NCBI GenBank assembly: GCA_964016885.1
Contig: OZ024743.1
Location: 255,502,001 to 255,566,000, forward strand
Length of the DNA: 64,000 bases
Source of the DNA: Eledone cirrhosa
Lineage: Eukaryota
Reading direction: 5' to 3'
A program made the translations under genes and the position numbers. Under the pieces are notes generated by a model. It saw nothing but the letters and a program-made list of their open reading frames with translations, had not been told where the DNA came from and ran no database searches. This document shows positions 49,825 to 63,906 of the stretch, in pieces (the stretch's first letter is position 1; each line of letters starts with the position of its first letter).

Positions 49825-49866
<42 letters not shown>

Positions 49867-50184
49867 CATATATATATATATGTATGTATGCATATATATA
49901 TATGTATATATGTATATATATATATATATGTGTATGTATACATATATATATATATATGTATGTAAGCATATATATATATATGTATGTATGCATATATATA
50001 TATGTATGTATGCATATATATATATATGTATGTATGCATATATATATATATGTATGTATGTATATATATATATGTATGTATGCATATATATATATGTATG
50101 TATGCATATATATATGTATGTATGCATATATATATATATGTATATATGTATATATATATATATGTATGTATACATATATATATA
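48806..50184. repeat. 1.4-kb compound (TA)/(TATG)/(TATGCA) microsatellite
   Basis: Directly visible. Source of the long Y/I/H/M pseudo-ORFs. Confidence 0.98.
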
Positions 50185-50361
50185 GATGAAAAAGGAGAAT
50201 TAGGGAATGTGAAGAGAAAGAGAAAATGTAAAAGCGTGGTTTTAGAATTTATTTACTAATAATATATTTAGTAGTTGTGTTAGTAGTAGAGCTAGTAGTA
50301 TTGAGGGAAGTAGGAGGAGGAAGCAAGTCGTAATTGAATAAAAACCAACAGAAGAAAAAGA

Positions 50362-50533
50362 TCACCATCAGCATTATCACCATAATCACCATAATGATCA
50401 TCATAATCACCATTACAAACATACGCATCATCATCATCTTCATTCTCCTCCTTATCATCATCATCAACATCACCATTGTCATCATCCTTATCATAATCAT
50501 CATCATCATAATCATCATCATCATCCTCATCCT

Positions 50534-50569
<36 letters not shown>

Positions 50570-50620
50570 AATCATCATCATCTTAATCATCACCATCATT
50601 ATCATCATCATCATCATAAT
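50362..50620. repeat. Degenerate (ATC)n tract
   Basis: Directly visible. Confidence 0.95.
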
Positions 50621-52144
50621 TTGTTTGTATGCTGGAATAAATTCTTTGCTGTGCTTTTTTTTTTTGGCTTTTTTTGTCACAAGGAGGCCAATTAAGTATC
50701 TTTATTGATGAAACTGATTGGACAAATATTGTTTAACATGGCGTATAAAAGCCCACCAGACGAGAAATATTTGCGTAACCTATTTAAGTAGAAAAATTGA
50801 TGATGATGATGATATCAACAACAACAATAATAATAATAATAAAAGAGCATCAACAGCACAAGAAAGATACTTGGAGAACACTAGAAAGGTAGACAATATG
50901 CACACCTATGCACATGTGTATGTATATGTCGGGTGGAAGGCATCATGAAGCAAAAGGATTTGCACTAATTAAAGTTTGACCGAAAAATTTAACAATGATA
51001 TTTAGTGAATAAAGTCAAATAAATTATTAGTTTCTCTCTTTAGGTTTAAATTATTTGGGCCTACGTATCGTCGTCATCAGCACCATCATCGTCATCATTG
51101 TAGTTTTTACTTCTGTCTTTCCATGTTGGTATGGGTTATAGGATTGCTCTCCAGCACAGCATCGCTCAACTTGTCTCTTTCCTATGTTAGGTTTCTTTGT
51201 TAAATTGAACATCATGAGACCCATTCCGCCCACATCTGCTCAACCTTATTGAAGACTGGTCCTAATGTGCATTTCTCAGCTTTACTTTGGTGTGGAGGTA
51301 TTATTGAAGGCTGGTGCAAACATGCACTTGATATGCTTGCAGCTACAGACCACTTGAGAAAACTGTATCTCTAATGAAACCCCGTAGCTGTGTGTAAATC
51401 AGAGTAGAATTAATGCAATGGATTCAGACATTCTTTTATGTCTAATTTCATGGAGATAGCAATGGCAATATAAAAAGTATTCTGATTTAGAGAATTATCT
51501 GCTGCAAACAACGCAATACAGTGTAATAAGCTGTAAGACTTCATGCTATCTGACATCTACAAATGAGTGTCTACAGGTCTAAAAACTTAAATTGACAGAG
51601 CATGAAATGATTGCTGCATATCATAGATCTCAAAGATATCATAGCTATTGTGTAATCAAGACACACAAATTAGAAATATATACACACACACACACACATA
51701 TATATGTATATCATATATATATATATATATATAAATATATAAATATATATATATGATATACATATACATATGCACACAGAAAAACAGTTACATAACACAA
51801 GCAGACAATTGCTTTCCTACCTCATCAGCCACCTTCTTGTATGCAATTTCACACATACACATACTCTCATATATGGCCAGCTGTGCAGTGATATGATTTT
51901 CCAACTGATTCTAATAGAGACATACACCACACAGAGAATCATGTCTATCTTTTGTTGTATTGGATATTGATTTGTCTGAGAAGCAGTTCTTTAAGACAAA
52001 TAATCTGAAAAGAAAAGAGAAAAGAATTTCTACAGATTTTTCTCCATTCTATGATGGCTAAAAAAAATAAAGATAAACCAGAGAAATATGCTTGTTTGTT
52101 TGTAAAGTCTTTTTATATAAAAATGATGATGATGATGATGATAG

Positions 52145-52180
<36 letters not shown>

Positions 52181-52181
<1 letters not shown>

Positions 52182-52745
52182 TATGGAGACATGATGTGAT
52201 GGGCAGGGTGATCCACTGGCATCTGTGCAAAGTAAACAATTTACCACATTCTGAGAAATGGTATGAGCATAAGCCAGAGGCGGTGATGGAGAACGATCAG
52301 GTGAAGGTGCTGTGGGATTTTACGATACAGACGGACAAGAAACTGGAACACAATAGACCTGACCTGGTGGTTGTGGACAAAGAAAAAAGATTGTGTCTGA
52401 TTGTGGATGTGGCCTGCCCATTCGACACGAGAGTGGAAGAGAAGGAGAGGGAGAAAATTAACCGATACCAGGACTTAAAGTGGGAGGTAAAAAGGATTTG
52501 GAACTGCCATGAAGTCAAAGTGATCCCGATTGTCATAGGCGCACTGGGGACTATCTCCAAAAGTTTCCAGGGATGGTTAAAGAAAATCGGCCCCTTCACG
52601 CTTTTTGGAACGCTTCAAAAGGCATGCTTGCTGGGAACAGCAAGAACCCTCCGATACGTCCTGAATATCTGAGGCTGCAGGTAGTGGCTTCATATTCATT
52701 CCAACGGACTTTCCAGTTAACTAACATCAATGACTGAGATTCAAG

Positions 52746-52747
<2 letters not shown>
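52181..52747 (+). mobile_element. 5'-truncated Dong/R4-clade retrotransposon (restriction-like endonuclease end)
   Basis: RHD..IHWHLCK..WYEHKP..LWDFTIQTD..NRPDLVVVDK..IVDVACPFD..EKINRYQDL..PIVIGALG..LQKACLLGTARTLR. Flanked on both sides by (AAT)n. Confidence 0.9.
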
Positions 52748-52772
<25 letters not shown>

Positions 52773-52776
<4 letters not shown>

Positions 52777-52912
52777 TGTTTCTACTTTTGGCACAAGGCC
52801 AGCAATTACCCAGTGCATTACTGGTACTTTATTTTATCGACCCCGTAAGGATGAAAGGCAAAGTTAACCTCGGCGGGGTTTGAACTCAGAATGGCAAGGA
52901 CCATAACTCTAT
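52773..52912 (-). mobile_element. SINE family A, 5'-truncated, in (AAT)n
   Basis: Family A body and tail. Confidence 0.85.
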
Positions 52913-52937
52913 AATAATAATAATAATAATAATAATA

Positions 52938-53113
52938 ATGGTTAAAGAAAATTAGTCCAGCCCTGCTTTTTGGAACACTTCAAAAGGCATGCTTGCTGGG
53001 AACAGCAAGAACCCTCCGATACGTCCTGAATATCTGAGGCTGCAGGTAACGGCTTGATATTCATTTCAACAAACTTTCCAGTTAAATAACATCAATGACT
53101 GAGACTCAAAGAA
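52938..53113 (+). mobile_element. Second, shorter Dong/R4 3' end
   Basis: Matches 52573-52747; (AAT)n on both sides. Confidence 0.88.
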
Positions 53114-53138
53114 CAATAATAATAATAATAATAATAAT

Positions 53139-53516
53139 GCTTTCTTTATTAACCACAAGGGTTTACACAAAGTAGACATTAAGGACAGTACAGGACAATA
53201 CAGGATGGTACAAATGGGCATTTCTGCGTGTAAAAAAACAAAAAAAAACAGAGGATGTAATAAAAGAACAATGAAAAATTCCCCAATAGGGGGGAGACTT
53301 CCGAGGGTCATCGTGGAGAAAGCCCATTAAAAAAAGCCACGGTGACCATAGCAATTGTCCTCTCCCAGTTTTGCACCTTCAATTTACAGGCATATACTCA
53401 GAGTAGGTCCATTCACTCGGGCCATTCTTGCCTCTCTCACCCATCTTTCAACAAAAAGCTGGGAAGAGAACACCTTCCTCTCTACCCTGATTTTCCTTTT
53501 CAAATGAAATTGGAAA
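53139..53516 (-). mobile_element. 3' end of a Tx1/L1-like LINE
   Basis: Minus frame FQFHLKRKIRVERKVFSSQLFVERWVREARMARVNGPTLSICL*, then a U-rich 3' UTR, AATAAA and (ATT)n. Clade call is tentative. Confidence 0.55.
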
Positions 53517-53534
53517 TAATAATAGTTACAATAA

Positions 53535-53651
53535 TAATTGTTTCTACGTTAGGCACAAGGCCAGCAATTACCCAGTGTATTACTGGTACTTTATTTTATC
53601 GACCCCATAAGGATGAAAGGCAAAGTTAACCTCGGCGGGATTTGAATGGCA
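53535..53651 (-). mobile_element. SINE family A, 5'-truncated, in (AAT)n
   Basis: Family A body and tail. Confidence 0.85.
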
Positions 53652-55419
53652 ATAATAATAATAACAATAATAATAATAATAATACAGCAAGACTTAGTGT
53701 TTTCATTTTATTTTACAGTATTGCAGTCTTCTGTTTGGTATTAATTGTTTATCTTAGTTTTGTTATAAATGAGAAGATGTTTTGCTAACTGGCAGATCAT
53801 ATCCTTCTCATCCTCTTGCCTCTCATGTTGCCCCTCCACCTCCCGCTATCATCGTTGTTGTACTCATCATCATCTTCATAGCAAAAGATAGATAGATGAA
53901 GCTAGAGAGCATATTCTTTCCTGCTGCAAAAAAAACTTTTCCCTTTCTCCCTTTTCTTAATCCCACGTATCTTTCTCTTTCTTCTATATCTCATTCTAAC
54001 TTCTGATGAAGGACTAACATACGAAACATTAAGACTCATTTCCTACTACACTAAGCATTAAACTAATATATATTATCATACACTGTATTGTTCTCACATG
54101 TTTTTTCTAGTTGATGTTTCACACACACACACACACACATATGCAAAGATAAGGATGAGGGAGAAAGAGAATTATTGATTGATAATTATAATAAGAAACA
54201 TTTAAAAAAATCTGCCGGATGTCAAAGTTGATGGAAGCAAAATTTGGATTCAATCTTTGGCTTCAATATTTAATGAGCTTGATTAATTTTGTTCTGTGTT
54301 AATTACTTAAATAAATTTATGGATAATATCTGATCATTGGATCAAGTATCTGCTTCATATTTCACCCCAGATTATTATCAGTTTTGATCCCTGTTAGTAT
54401 TAGGAGCAATCTTTAATATGTTAAGATGAAACATTTCATAATTAAGTTATCTCCTGTCAAAATTATATTTTAGTACATGATCATTTTAATTGTTGAAAGG
54501 AAAAAAATAAATTTATTTTTATAAAAATAATTTTAGAAGAAAAACACGTAAAAAGGAAAATTGATAGAAATAGGTGCGGACATCGCTGTGGAGTTATGGA
54601 TTTTGCTTTGAAACCACATCGTTCTGGGTTCAGTCTCACTGTGTGGCACCTTAGGCAAGTTTCTTTTACTGTAACCTTGAGTGGATCAATGATTTGTGAG
54701 TGAAATTTGGTCAAAGGTATGGAATGCTGGCTTGTAGAAGTAGTGTTGTTTAGAGCAAGTAAGTGAACAACATATGGGCGTACATTGTGGTGTCTGTATA
54801 TAAATATATATTCGGCCTGCTTGAAAGGTCAGTAGACCCATTTCAGTTCAGACTTAATCTTTGAAGACCTGTCCAACCCTTGCTAGCAGAGAAAGCAGAT
54901 GTTAAACAATAATGATGATGATGTTTGCATGTGTGTGTGTGTATCTGGATCTTACACACCTAAACATGCACATCTACCCCACACACCTCTACATATCTAT
55001 GCTCACAAAGATCTACCCATTCACACACATATGCACAGACATGTCTATATGTCTATGCCTATACACAACTACACAAAATCTGCACATTTACACACACCCA
55101 TAAACACATACACCCATAGACATTTGCATATGCACACTTACCAATACAAATACACTGACACACATGTCTACACATACACACACACGCACACAAACACACA
55201 TCTAAATCTGCACACATACATATGCAGTAGTGAGTGTAATTTAGTTTGAAAGCTGGTCACTTCAGGTGCTGCCATCTGGTGAGACATTAATCACTGTCTC
55301 TTAAATCACCTGAGACAATAGCTCAGGTAGGCAATCAACCAGAAAACACCAGTTAAGGAAGAGGGAGAGTAGAGGAGGAGGGAGGGGCTGGGACATATCA
55401 TTACCTGTTTTACTGCTGC

Positions 55420-56362
55420 CTCAGCAGCAACAGCAGCAGCAGCAGCAGTAGCAGTAGTAGTAGTAGTAGTTGTGCTTTCTGTTGTTGTATTGTTGCTGTT
55501 GTGATTGTTGTCATTGATGTTGTGCTTCTTGTTGTTATTGCAATGTTTGTTGTTTATGATGTTGTAGTCTTTATTGTTGTGCTTGTTGTTGCTGTTGCAG
55601 TGTTTCCTCTTGTGGTTGTTGTTGCAGTGTTTCTTGTTATGCTTATTATTGTTGTTGATGTGTTTCTTGTTATGTTTGCTGTTGTTGTTGTGTTGTCTTC
55701 AATCTAAATAGTCACTCTACCATCACCACCACCGACTGCACCCCATTAATAGTAATGACGATGATGATGATGGTTATGATAATGATAGTGATGATAGAGT
55801 AGATGCTGATGATGATTATGATGTTGGCAATGAGATGGTGATGATGATAAAAATGATGCTGATGCTAACGATGATGTTGATGGTATTAGTTGTGTACATG
55901 ATAGTGATGGAGATAATGTTTATTGTTGTGATGGTTACTTATTGGAATTATGATGATAATTGTGCTGCTGATGATGAAGACGAGGATAGCATGAATGATG
56001 TTGATAATGATAAAGATGATTGTAATAATAAATTTGATGATGGTATTGATGATGGTGATGGTGACAATGATGGTGATGGTGTTAATGGTGAATATACTGC
56101 TGCTGTTGATGGTCATAATAATAGAAATGTGAAAATCGATGATGATGTTTATGATGAAGAATATGATGATGATAATTATGGTGATGGTAATGATGATGGT
56201 AGTGGTGATGATGATGGTGATGGTGGAAGTGAAGGATTGTGGTGTTGGTGATGATGATGATAATTTTGGAAGGCAATAATGATGTTGATGATGATGGTAA
56301 TGACAATGATGATGATGACAATGACGAGTTTGATGGGAATGATATTGATGATGATGGTGAGG
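55420..56362. repeat. Degenerate trinucleotide tracts (CAG/TAG/GTT, then GAT/GGT)
   Basis: Directly visible low-complexity sequence. Confidence 0.9.
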
Positions 56363-56455
56363 ACTTGGATATTTCTAATCTTGTCTGCTTATTTTGCTTC
56401 TCATTTTGTTAGTCTTTCTAATTGAACCTAGTGTAAATGGTCTGAAGTTGAACAG

Positions 56456-56794
<339 letters not shown>

Positions 56795-56796
<2 letters not shown>

Positions 56797-57138
56797 AGGC
56801 ACATGGCTTAGTGGTTAGAACATTGGCCTTGCAATCAAAAGGTTGTGAGTTCAATTCTCAGACCGGGTGATGTGTTGTTTCCTTGAGCAAGACACTTTAT
56901 TTCACATTGCTCCAGTTTACTCAGCTGTAGAAATGAGATGATAGGGACTGGGGTCCATATCATTCCACTGCAAAGTGGACGTGTAGGCGCCACGGCAAAA
57001 AAGCACCCACCACTCACTGTAAATGAGGTTGGTGTTAGGAAGGGCATCCAGCTGTAGAAATCAAGCCAGAATCAGTTGCCGTCCCACCCTTGCAAGCAGG
57101 GAAAAGTGGACGTGAAATGATGATGATGATGATGATGA
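56795..57138 (+). mobile_element. SINE family B, full length
   Basis: A/B boxes, RTE-derived 3' part, (GAT)n tail. Confidence 0.92.
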
Positions 57139-57401
57139 TATATATGTATAGATATATGGATATATGTATATATATATATATATAAATATATATATAGAGT
57201 GGTGGAACACTGGAAGGTAATATGGGACGAGTTAGGTAGAAGTGGTTACACAACAGTTAGTTCACCATACCGAGAACAATTGTTTCACTTTAGCGGATCC
57301 TCAGCTCGTTTATATATATACACACACACATATACATATATATATATATACACACACACACATATATATATATACATAAATATATATACACACACACACA
57401 C

Positions 57402-57503
<102 letters not shown>

Positions 57504-58199
57504 GTGTGACAACATATGGTGTAGTGGATAGGGTGTTTGATCATAGGGTCATGAATTCAATTCTCTCCCCTTTGTTGTGCGTCCTATATTTTATGTTGCT
57601 CCACTCCACCCCTGGCAAAAATGAGTTGTACTTGTAATTCAGTGAATCAGCCATGCCACAGACTCTGTCATGCGGAATCCTTCTGAGAATTATGTTCTGA
57701 GCATATGTCAGTGGAATGCTTAACCACACTTTATTGTTAAATTAGGTATCTATATCTATGTATGGAGAGTTTTTATGTCTGCTTTTCCATGTTGGCATGG
57801 GTTGGATAGGTGCTTTTGTGACTGTTTTAAAATCAGATTCTTTTACTGAGTAATACAAAAGTTAAATACCACAATAAAATGGCATTGGCTCTCAAAGAGT
57901 TAATCTAGGTTGGTGAATTTGGTTGATGTGCTTAATGTTCTGCTTAACACTATTAATACCAAACACTATTAATACCAAACTACTTAAAACTGTTCCTGGT
58001 TCTATGATACAAAACTGTTTATCTTAAAGTGTTTAATTTTTTCTAAAAATCTTTCGTCATAATATTATGTAAGTACATTGGTTAAATTATTTTTCAAACA
58101 CCAGCTTCGTAATTCTTTTTAACCTATATCAACCTCAACAATTTCCCATACATCTCCTCCGCCAAGTCCCAAATCCATGCTATAAAATGACCATCCTGA

Positions 58200-58475
58200 A
58201 GCCATGACAATAAGTGCCCAGTCCACAGTGTTAAATGGTCATGCTGGTGACATGATAAAAAGCGCCCAGTACACACTGTAAAGTGATCATGTAGGCATCA
58301 TGACAAAGAGCACCCAGCAAGCACTGTAAATGTGGTTGGCATTGGAAAGGGCACCCAGCTGTAGAAACCAAGCCAAAAATCAGTTCTGTGTGAGCAAAAC
58401 ACAGTCCCTGGACATGGCCGTCTCACAATGGGACAATTCATTTAACCTATGCCAGCCTGGAAAATAGACGTTAAC
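58200..58475 (+). mobile_element. Old RTE-type 3' UTR / SINE tail
   Basis: GCACCCAG..CACTGTAAA..GGTTGGCATTGGAAAGGGCACCCAGCTGTAGAAA..GGAAAATAGACGTTAA. Confidence 0.65.
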
Positions 58476-58681
58476 TGTTGCTGCTGCTGTTGCTGTTGTT
58501 AGTGGTGGTGGCGGCAGATGAAGTGGAGGAGGAGGAGGAGGAGGAGGAGGAGGAGGAGGAGGAGGAGGAGGAGGAGGAGAAGAAGAAGAAGAAGAAGAAG
58601 AAGAAGAAGAAGAAGAAGAGCAACAACAACAACAACAGCACCACCACCACCACCACAAACAACAACAACAACAACAGCAGC
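58476..58681. repeat. Compound trinucleotide run (CTG/GTT/GGT/GAG/AAG/AAC/CAC)
   Basis: Directly visible; follows an RTE-type 3' end. Confidence 0.95.
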
Positions 58682-59289
58682 GAAACACACACACAGACAG
58701 ACATTTGAAAGAAGGTGAAATCAATTTTGTCGACTCTGGGGAAATAAAAGACAAACCTGACTTCAGTAACTAAATACTGCAAAGCATTTTCTCTGATACT
58801 CTGCTCAAATCTGCCAACCCACCAGCCTAATAACCAACTTAATAATGAAAAAATTCATTATATTATCAAATCCCTTGGAATTCTTGATTATTATCAAGAT
58901 TATTTGCAAATCATCAGCAATGTCTGTCATCAGAAATATAGTAAGATCATTCCATTATAATTTGATGTAAGGACCTTTGTTAAGTTATGTTCCAAGCACA
59001 AGCTTAATAAATGAGAAAGTTAATTACAATACTAAATCCCTTCATTCTCTTGAATATTTTCAAAATTATTTGAAAATTATACACAATGTTTTTCATTAGA
59101 AATATGGTAACAAAAGTGTTGATATGTTTATATTTATTTATCTAAATATCTTTCATCATAATGTAATGTAAGAAAATTTGTTATGTTCCAGACACCAGCA
59201 TATTAATGAAGAATTTAGTTATATTACTGGATTTTTGATTATTTTCAAAAATTACTTGGAAATAATAGGCATATGTTCATTGTTATCAC

Positions 59290-59565
59290 CAACAGAGAAT
59301 TGTATCAGTGGCTTCCACTCATAATGGCAAAGATAAAGCAGAAAAGAATGACACTTGCAGTTCACTGTGTTTAACCTCATGGAGAGATAGCAAGTGATCT
59401 TTTTTTTCTTTTTTTTTGTAGGACCCATCAGATGGATACACAAACAGAAGTAGAAATTACATTGATAAACAGCTGGAAGATACCAGAGTGGTTAGAGTAA
59501 GAATGCTCAGAATGCTGATGATGAATAGAGAGCTTTGGAGGGCATATGTAAAGACAGATGAGTGA
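59290..59565 (+). mobile_element. Decayed 3' coding end of another RTE family
   Basis: ELYQWLPLIMAKIKQKRMTLAVHC..EIASDL..DPSDG..NYIDKQLEDT..MMNRELWR resembles the RTE LYG-x-LP..RR-x-x-x-AGHC..YID-QL-x-x-DT..M-x-DR-x-x-WR ending. Confidence 0.55.
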
Positions 59566-60021
59566 CCTAGCAGTTGGCATAGATAGTTATATCCAAAAGT
59601 TCTTTCTTCATAATAAACCAATAATATATTTTAAATATTTATTTTATTTCATTTTAATTCATTTTTACAAAATAAACCAAATATAAAGAATTGATATTGA
59701 AATATTGAATATTGGAATATATATGGAATATATATGGTATGACTGGCTTTAAAGGAAAAATATTTATAACTGCAGTCACTTGAAGTTATCAATATCATCA
59801 TACATTCATTTCTTCATAATCACATAGGTTGAATGTATTTTTCCAGTACAGCTTCTCCTCACCCACTGCATTTATTCTTAATCTCTCCTTTACGTCAGTT
59901 TTTCCATGCTTGCATGGGTTCAACTGATCTATTCCAGCACAGCTTCTCTTTGGTATCTTAGTCAAGTGACTTTTACCATTTATACAACATACTGAGATCA
60001 AACACAAATATATATATCTGT

Positions 60022-60065
<44 letters not shown>

Positions 60066-63000
60066 GTTGCAAACATGGCCAAATAGCTAAGAAGTGTACT
60101 TTGCTATCATAGTGTCCTTAGCAAGTGTCATTTACAAGTGTCATTTACAAGTGTCATTACGAAGGGTTCAACTGAAACTTTATGTCTAAAACTGGGTTGA
60201 CAGAAACTGTTTGAAAATCCATCAGATAAACCATACCATAATTCAAATATCTAGTCTTGTCACATATTGTGTCATATTGATTTGACATGATAATTGTATT
60301 AAGGAGACACATGTCCATGGAATACTCAATCATTTACATGATAATTAATGATGAGCTGTCCCACTAATTCAAAGGTCCAACCCTGTCACATATTGATTCG
60401 GCATGTGAATATGTTAAACCTTTCATTACCATATTTATAATGAAATAGACTGTATTTGAATTAATGACTGATGTATTTAGAGAGACTTGCTAAAGTTATT
60501 TCACTCGGATGGTATTTGTAACATAACTCAATTAAAGATTCTTATATAAAATAATGTTGGAAGATTTATTTCTCAATAGGAATCCTTTAAAAATGGTACT
60601 TTTATTTTATAGAATCAGAGGTGCTTTCAAGTGCGTTGGTGTTAAAAGAGCATATGTTCATGGAATACTCAACTATTTAGATAATAATTCCGAACCTGGA
60701 TGTTCACTTGTTTGAATGCTTGTTATTGAAACCAGGGAGAATACATCATTATCATCATCGTCATCATCATCATTATCATTATATTTGTCACACGATCCTA
60801 CATAATATACAAACCACTCTAGTTTTATGAAGGGAGAAATGAGAAAAAAAATTTAACTACAACAGCTATATTTTAAGACAGGAGAAAAATGCAATAATTT
60901 AAATCTATATTTTCCATAAATCTAGCAAAGATAACAATGACAACAACAACAATAATAAACTGTAGCAATATATACTCATGTGCAAATTTACAACAACTAT
61001 TAACAACAACAAAAAAGAGCAAGTATACATCATGTTCTTGCTAGCAGAGGAAAATGGATGTAAAAGAGTTTTTTTATTTGTTTAAAAATGTGCAATCCCT
61101 CTGGTATTATTTGAAACTTTATATTCAAGTCTTTACTTGAAATCGAAGTAATGTATGTAATATTAATTTACTATTTGTGTTGAAATATTTACGAAACCAT
61201 TATCGTGGATTTGGTGTTGTTTAAAATATTTGTAAATGTGTAAATGGAAAAATGGTAGCAGAAAAATTTTATGTAGAACCCCGTGATTTCTATTAAAATT
61301 ACATAACTTTTATTTAATTCTGGAATGTATGAAATGAATGGAATATATCGATGGGTACAGGTAATGTGAAGAACGTTATGTTTGTTCAGGCAAAGAAACC
61401 ATGTGGTTAAGAATGTTGGGTTTGTAAAGGCAATGATTCTGTATGGTTAGAAGTTTAGGTTTGTATGGATATTGATTCAATACATTTCAAATTGATTATA
61501 TAAAATTAGAAATAGAAGCATCCTCTGTATTTTTTACTAAAGAAATTTTAGCTTGATAGTGGGATTTAAAGCCCTCTAAGAAATGGAAAAAAAGGAATAT
61601 TGACATATATGAAAACAGAAAAAAAAGAAAAGCAAATTAAATGGGAAAAGGAAGAGAAAGGGGGAGAGAGAGGGAGTGGCAAACTATACTCATGAGTCTA
61701 GGGAATATATCTCAGTTGAAGCCTAGGGAAAAAATGGTAAAGACATTGCTGCAGAGAACAGTCAGCATTACCGATTGCATCAGCCATTATACCTCACAGG
61801 GCTCCGTCCTTAGGTAGGAAGCACTTCCCCAAATTGTGCTGAGTAAAATGGCTGCTTTGGAGACTAATGACACTAGTAATCTTGACAAAGACTTGCAGAA
61901 ATATTTATTTAAAGAAGGAAAAAAAAGAAAGACAATATGTCATAAAGAATTTTTTAAATCTCTCCTTTAATATCAATGTTTGTTTGAACCCAAATACATG
62001 TATGCATATGTATATACATGCATATGTATGCATGCTATTGTATATACACATAGATTCACACAAAGGCGACTGCTCCATTTTGTTTTTACAAATGAGATAG
62101 CTATCTCAGAAAGGTAATGTACAAGTGGCTGAGTATTCAACAGACACATGTACATTTAAAATAATTCTCAGGGAGATTCATCAGGGTGCAATGTTTGAGA
62201 ATATTGGATCTTTGAATTATTGATACAATCTATCCAATGGGCTTCCAAACAGTTTCTGTCTATCCAATTTTACCACAAGGTTATGTTAAATGACACTTGC
62301 TCAAGACCCTAATGAGGTGGTATTAAACCCAGGACCATATTATTGTAAAGCAAACATCTTAACTATTCAACTGCATTATTCCTCCATGCCACAACAGAAC
62401 ACCATACTATACGACAACACTACACCACACCATACCACAACACAACACCACTCCACACCACAACATCACACTCCAATACAACGTTTCACCACACTATGCT
62501 ACAACACAACACTATGCCACATACCAACACAACACTGCAACAAAATACCTCACCACACTCCAATACAACAACACACCACACCACACACACCACTTCACTA
62601 TCAAAGTGGCTGCTTCACTAAATCATTCCACTAAATTATTTCTTTCTGCCATCTCATACTTTACTTTACTCCAAATAATATCATAAACAGTAAAGAAATT
62701 ACTTTTATAAATGAGATTTCTAAATACATTTTCAAATTTCTGTCTCTCAGTTTTATATACACCTTCATTTCTTTTGATATTTTACTTTCTGTGGGTGGTT
62801 TATGTGTTTATATAAACTCATGCATACACACAAACACAAATATGTGTGTATATATATATGTGTGTGTCTGCGTGTATGTGTGCATGTATGTATATTCAAA
62901 ATAAGGAGCACATAGGTCAACAAGAAAAAAAAAACATTGGAAAAACAGTCCCATTTCCTCAGTCAATCTTTGAAAATCACTACAGTTTCGGTGCATTAAG

Positions 63001-63492
63001 GTTGTTACTATTCATTCCAGTGCACATTGGGACATAACAAAAACGGTAAAGACAATGACAGGACAAGTTATGCCTTTTGATGAATTACACAAATGTAGAT
63101 GCAAAAGGATCCAAAGTGCATCCACTGATAAAGAAGGAGAGAATGGTGTGTAAGGGTGTAGCTAAAGTAGAAAAAATAGAAAGGCGAGAAATAGAAAAAG
63201 TGAAAAGATATGGACTGCAGTCAAATGCGAAGACAAATAAGAATCACACTGAGACATAGAAAAGTTAAAAAGGGAAAAAAGAGGAAGACAGACCAGGTGG
63301 TGTGACATCTATTATATGATAGTTTAAAAAAAAAACCTGCATGGGTAAGTTTTTAGAATATGAATTCAAAATAGTGAAGTGCACACAGGACAAAGACAAA
63401 GGAAAAGAGAACAGAAGAACAACTATATATATATATATATATATATAGCGACGAAACATAAGTCAATTGCATGAACTCATAATCCTTTATTT

Positions 63493-63548
63493 ACTGCTAT
63501 ATATATTTCGATGATAGCCATTGAGTGGCTATGACCTCATCAGGCAGT
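63493..63548 (-). ncRNA. Type I hammerhead ribozyme (intact core) in a solo PLE end (63449-63614)
   Basis: ACTGC-CTGATGA-GGTCATAGCCA ctcaa TGGCTATCATC-GAAA-TATATA-TA^GCAGT. Confidence 0.9.
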
Positions 63549-63626
63549 TAGTCAGTTCTTAGATATGCCAGCTCTGTGTTTATGGTGTTGATTGTATCAG
63601 AGCCTTGGGACATATATATATATATA

Positions 63627-63830
63627 ACGAAGGAAGTGTGGTAAGGAACCAGATGGACCATAACGTACCAGAGTACCCAATACTTAGGATAGTAGAGTGG
63701 GTAATAGGAAAATGTTTAACCCCGACGGCAGAGCTCAAGCCGTTTCGACGGCTATTTCTGGACGCAAATATTTCTGTCCAGAAATAGCCGTCCAAACAGA
63801 TTGAGCTCTGCCATCGGAGTTAATCATTTT

Positions 63831-63835
<5 letters not shown>
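63627..63835. repeat. Short repeat ending in a 60-bp-arm hairpin (homologue of 7607-7736)
   Basis: Arms at 63704-63763 / 63776-63835; flanked by (TA)n. Confidence 0.88.

Positions 63836-63906
<71 letters not shown>

Noticed and set aside
48626-50259. ORFs of 375-502 aa rich in Y/I/H/M/C
   Set aside because: Translations of stop-free (TA)/(TATG) microsatellite in all frames; the same applies at 26.4-27.1, 28.5-28.9 and 56.4-57.5 kb.
55835-56251. Asp-rich 138-aa ORF; also poly-E/K/N ORF at 58478-58708
   Set aside because: Degenerate trinucleotide repeats without splice or homology support.
59278-59500. Apparent exons with polypyrimidine-AG acceptor and GTAAG donor
   Set aside because: The translation matches a decayed RTE C-terminus.
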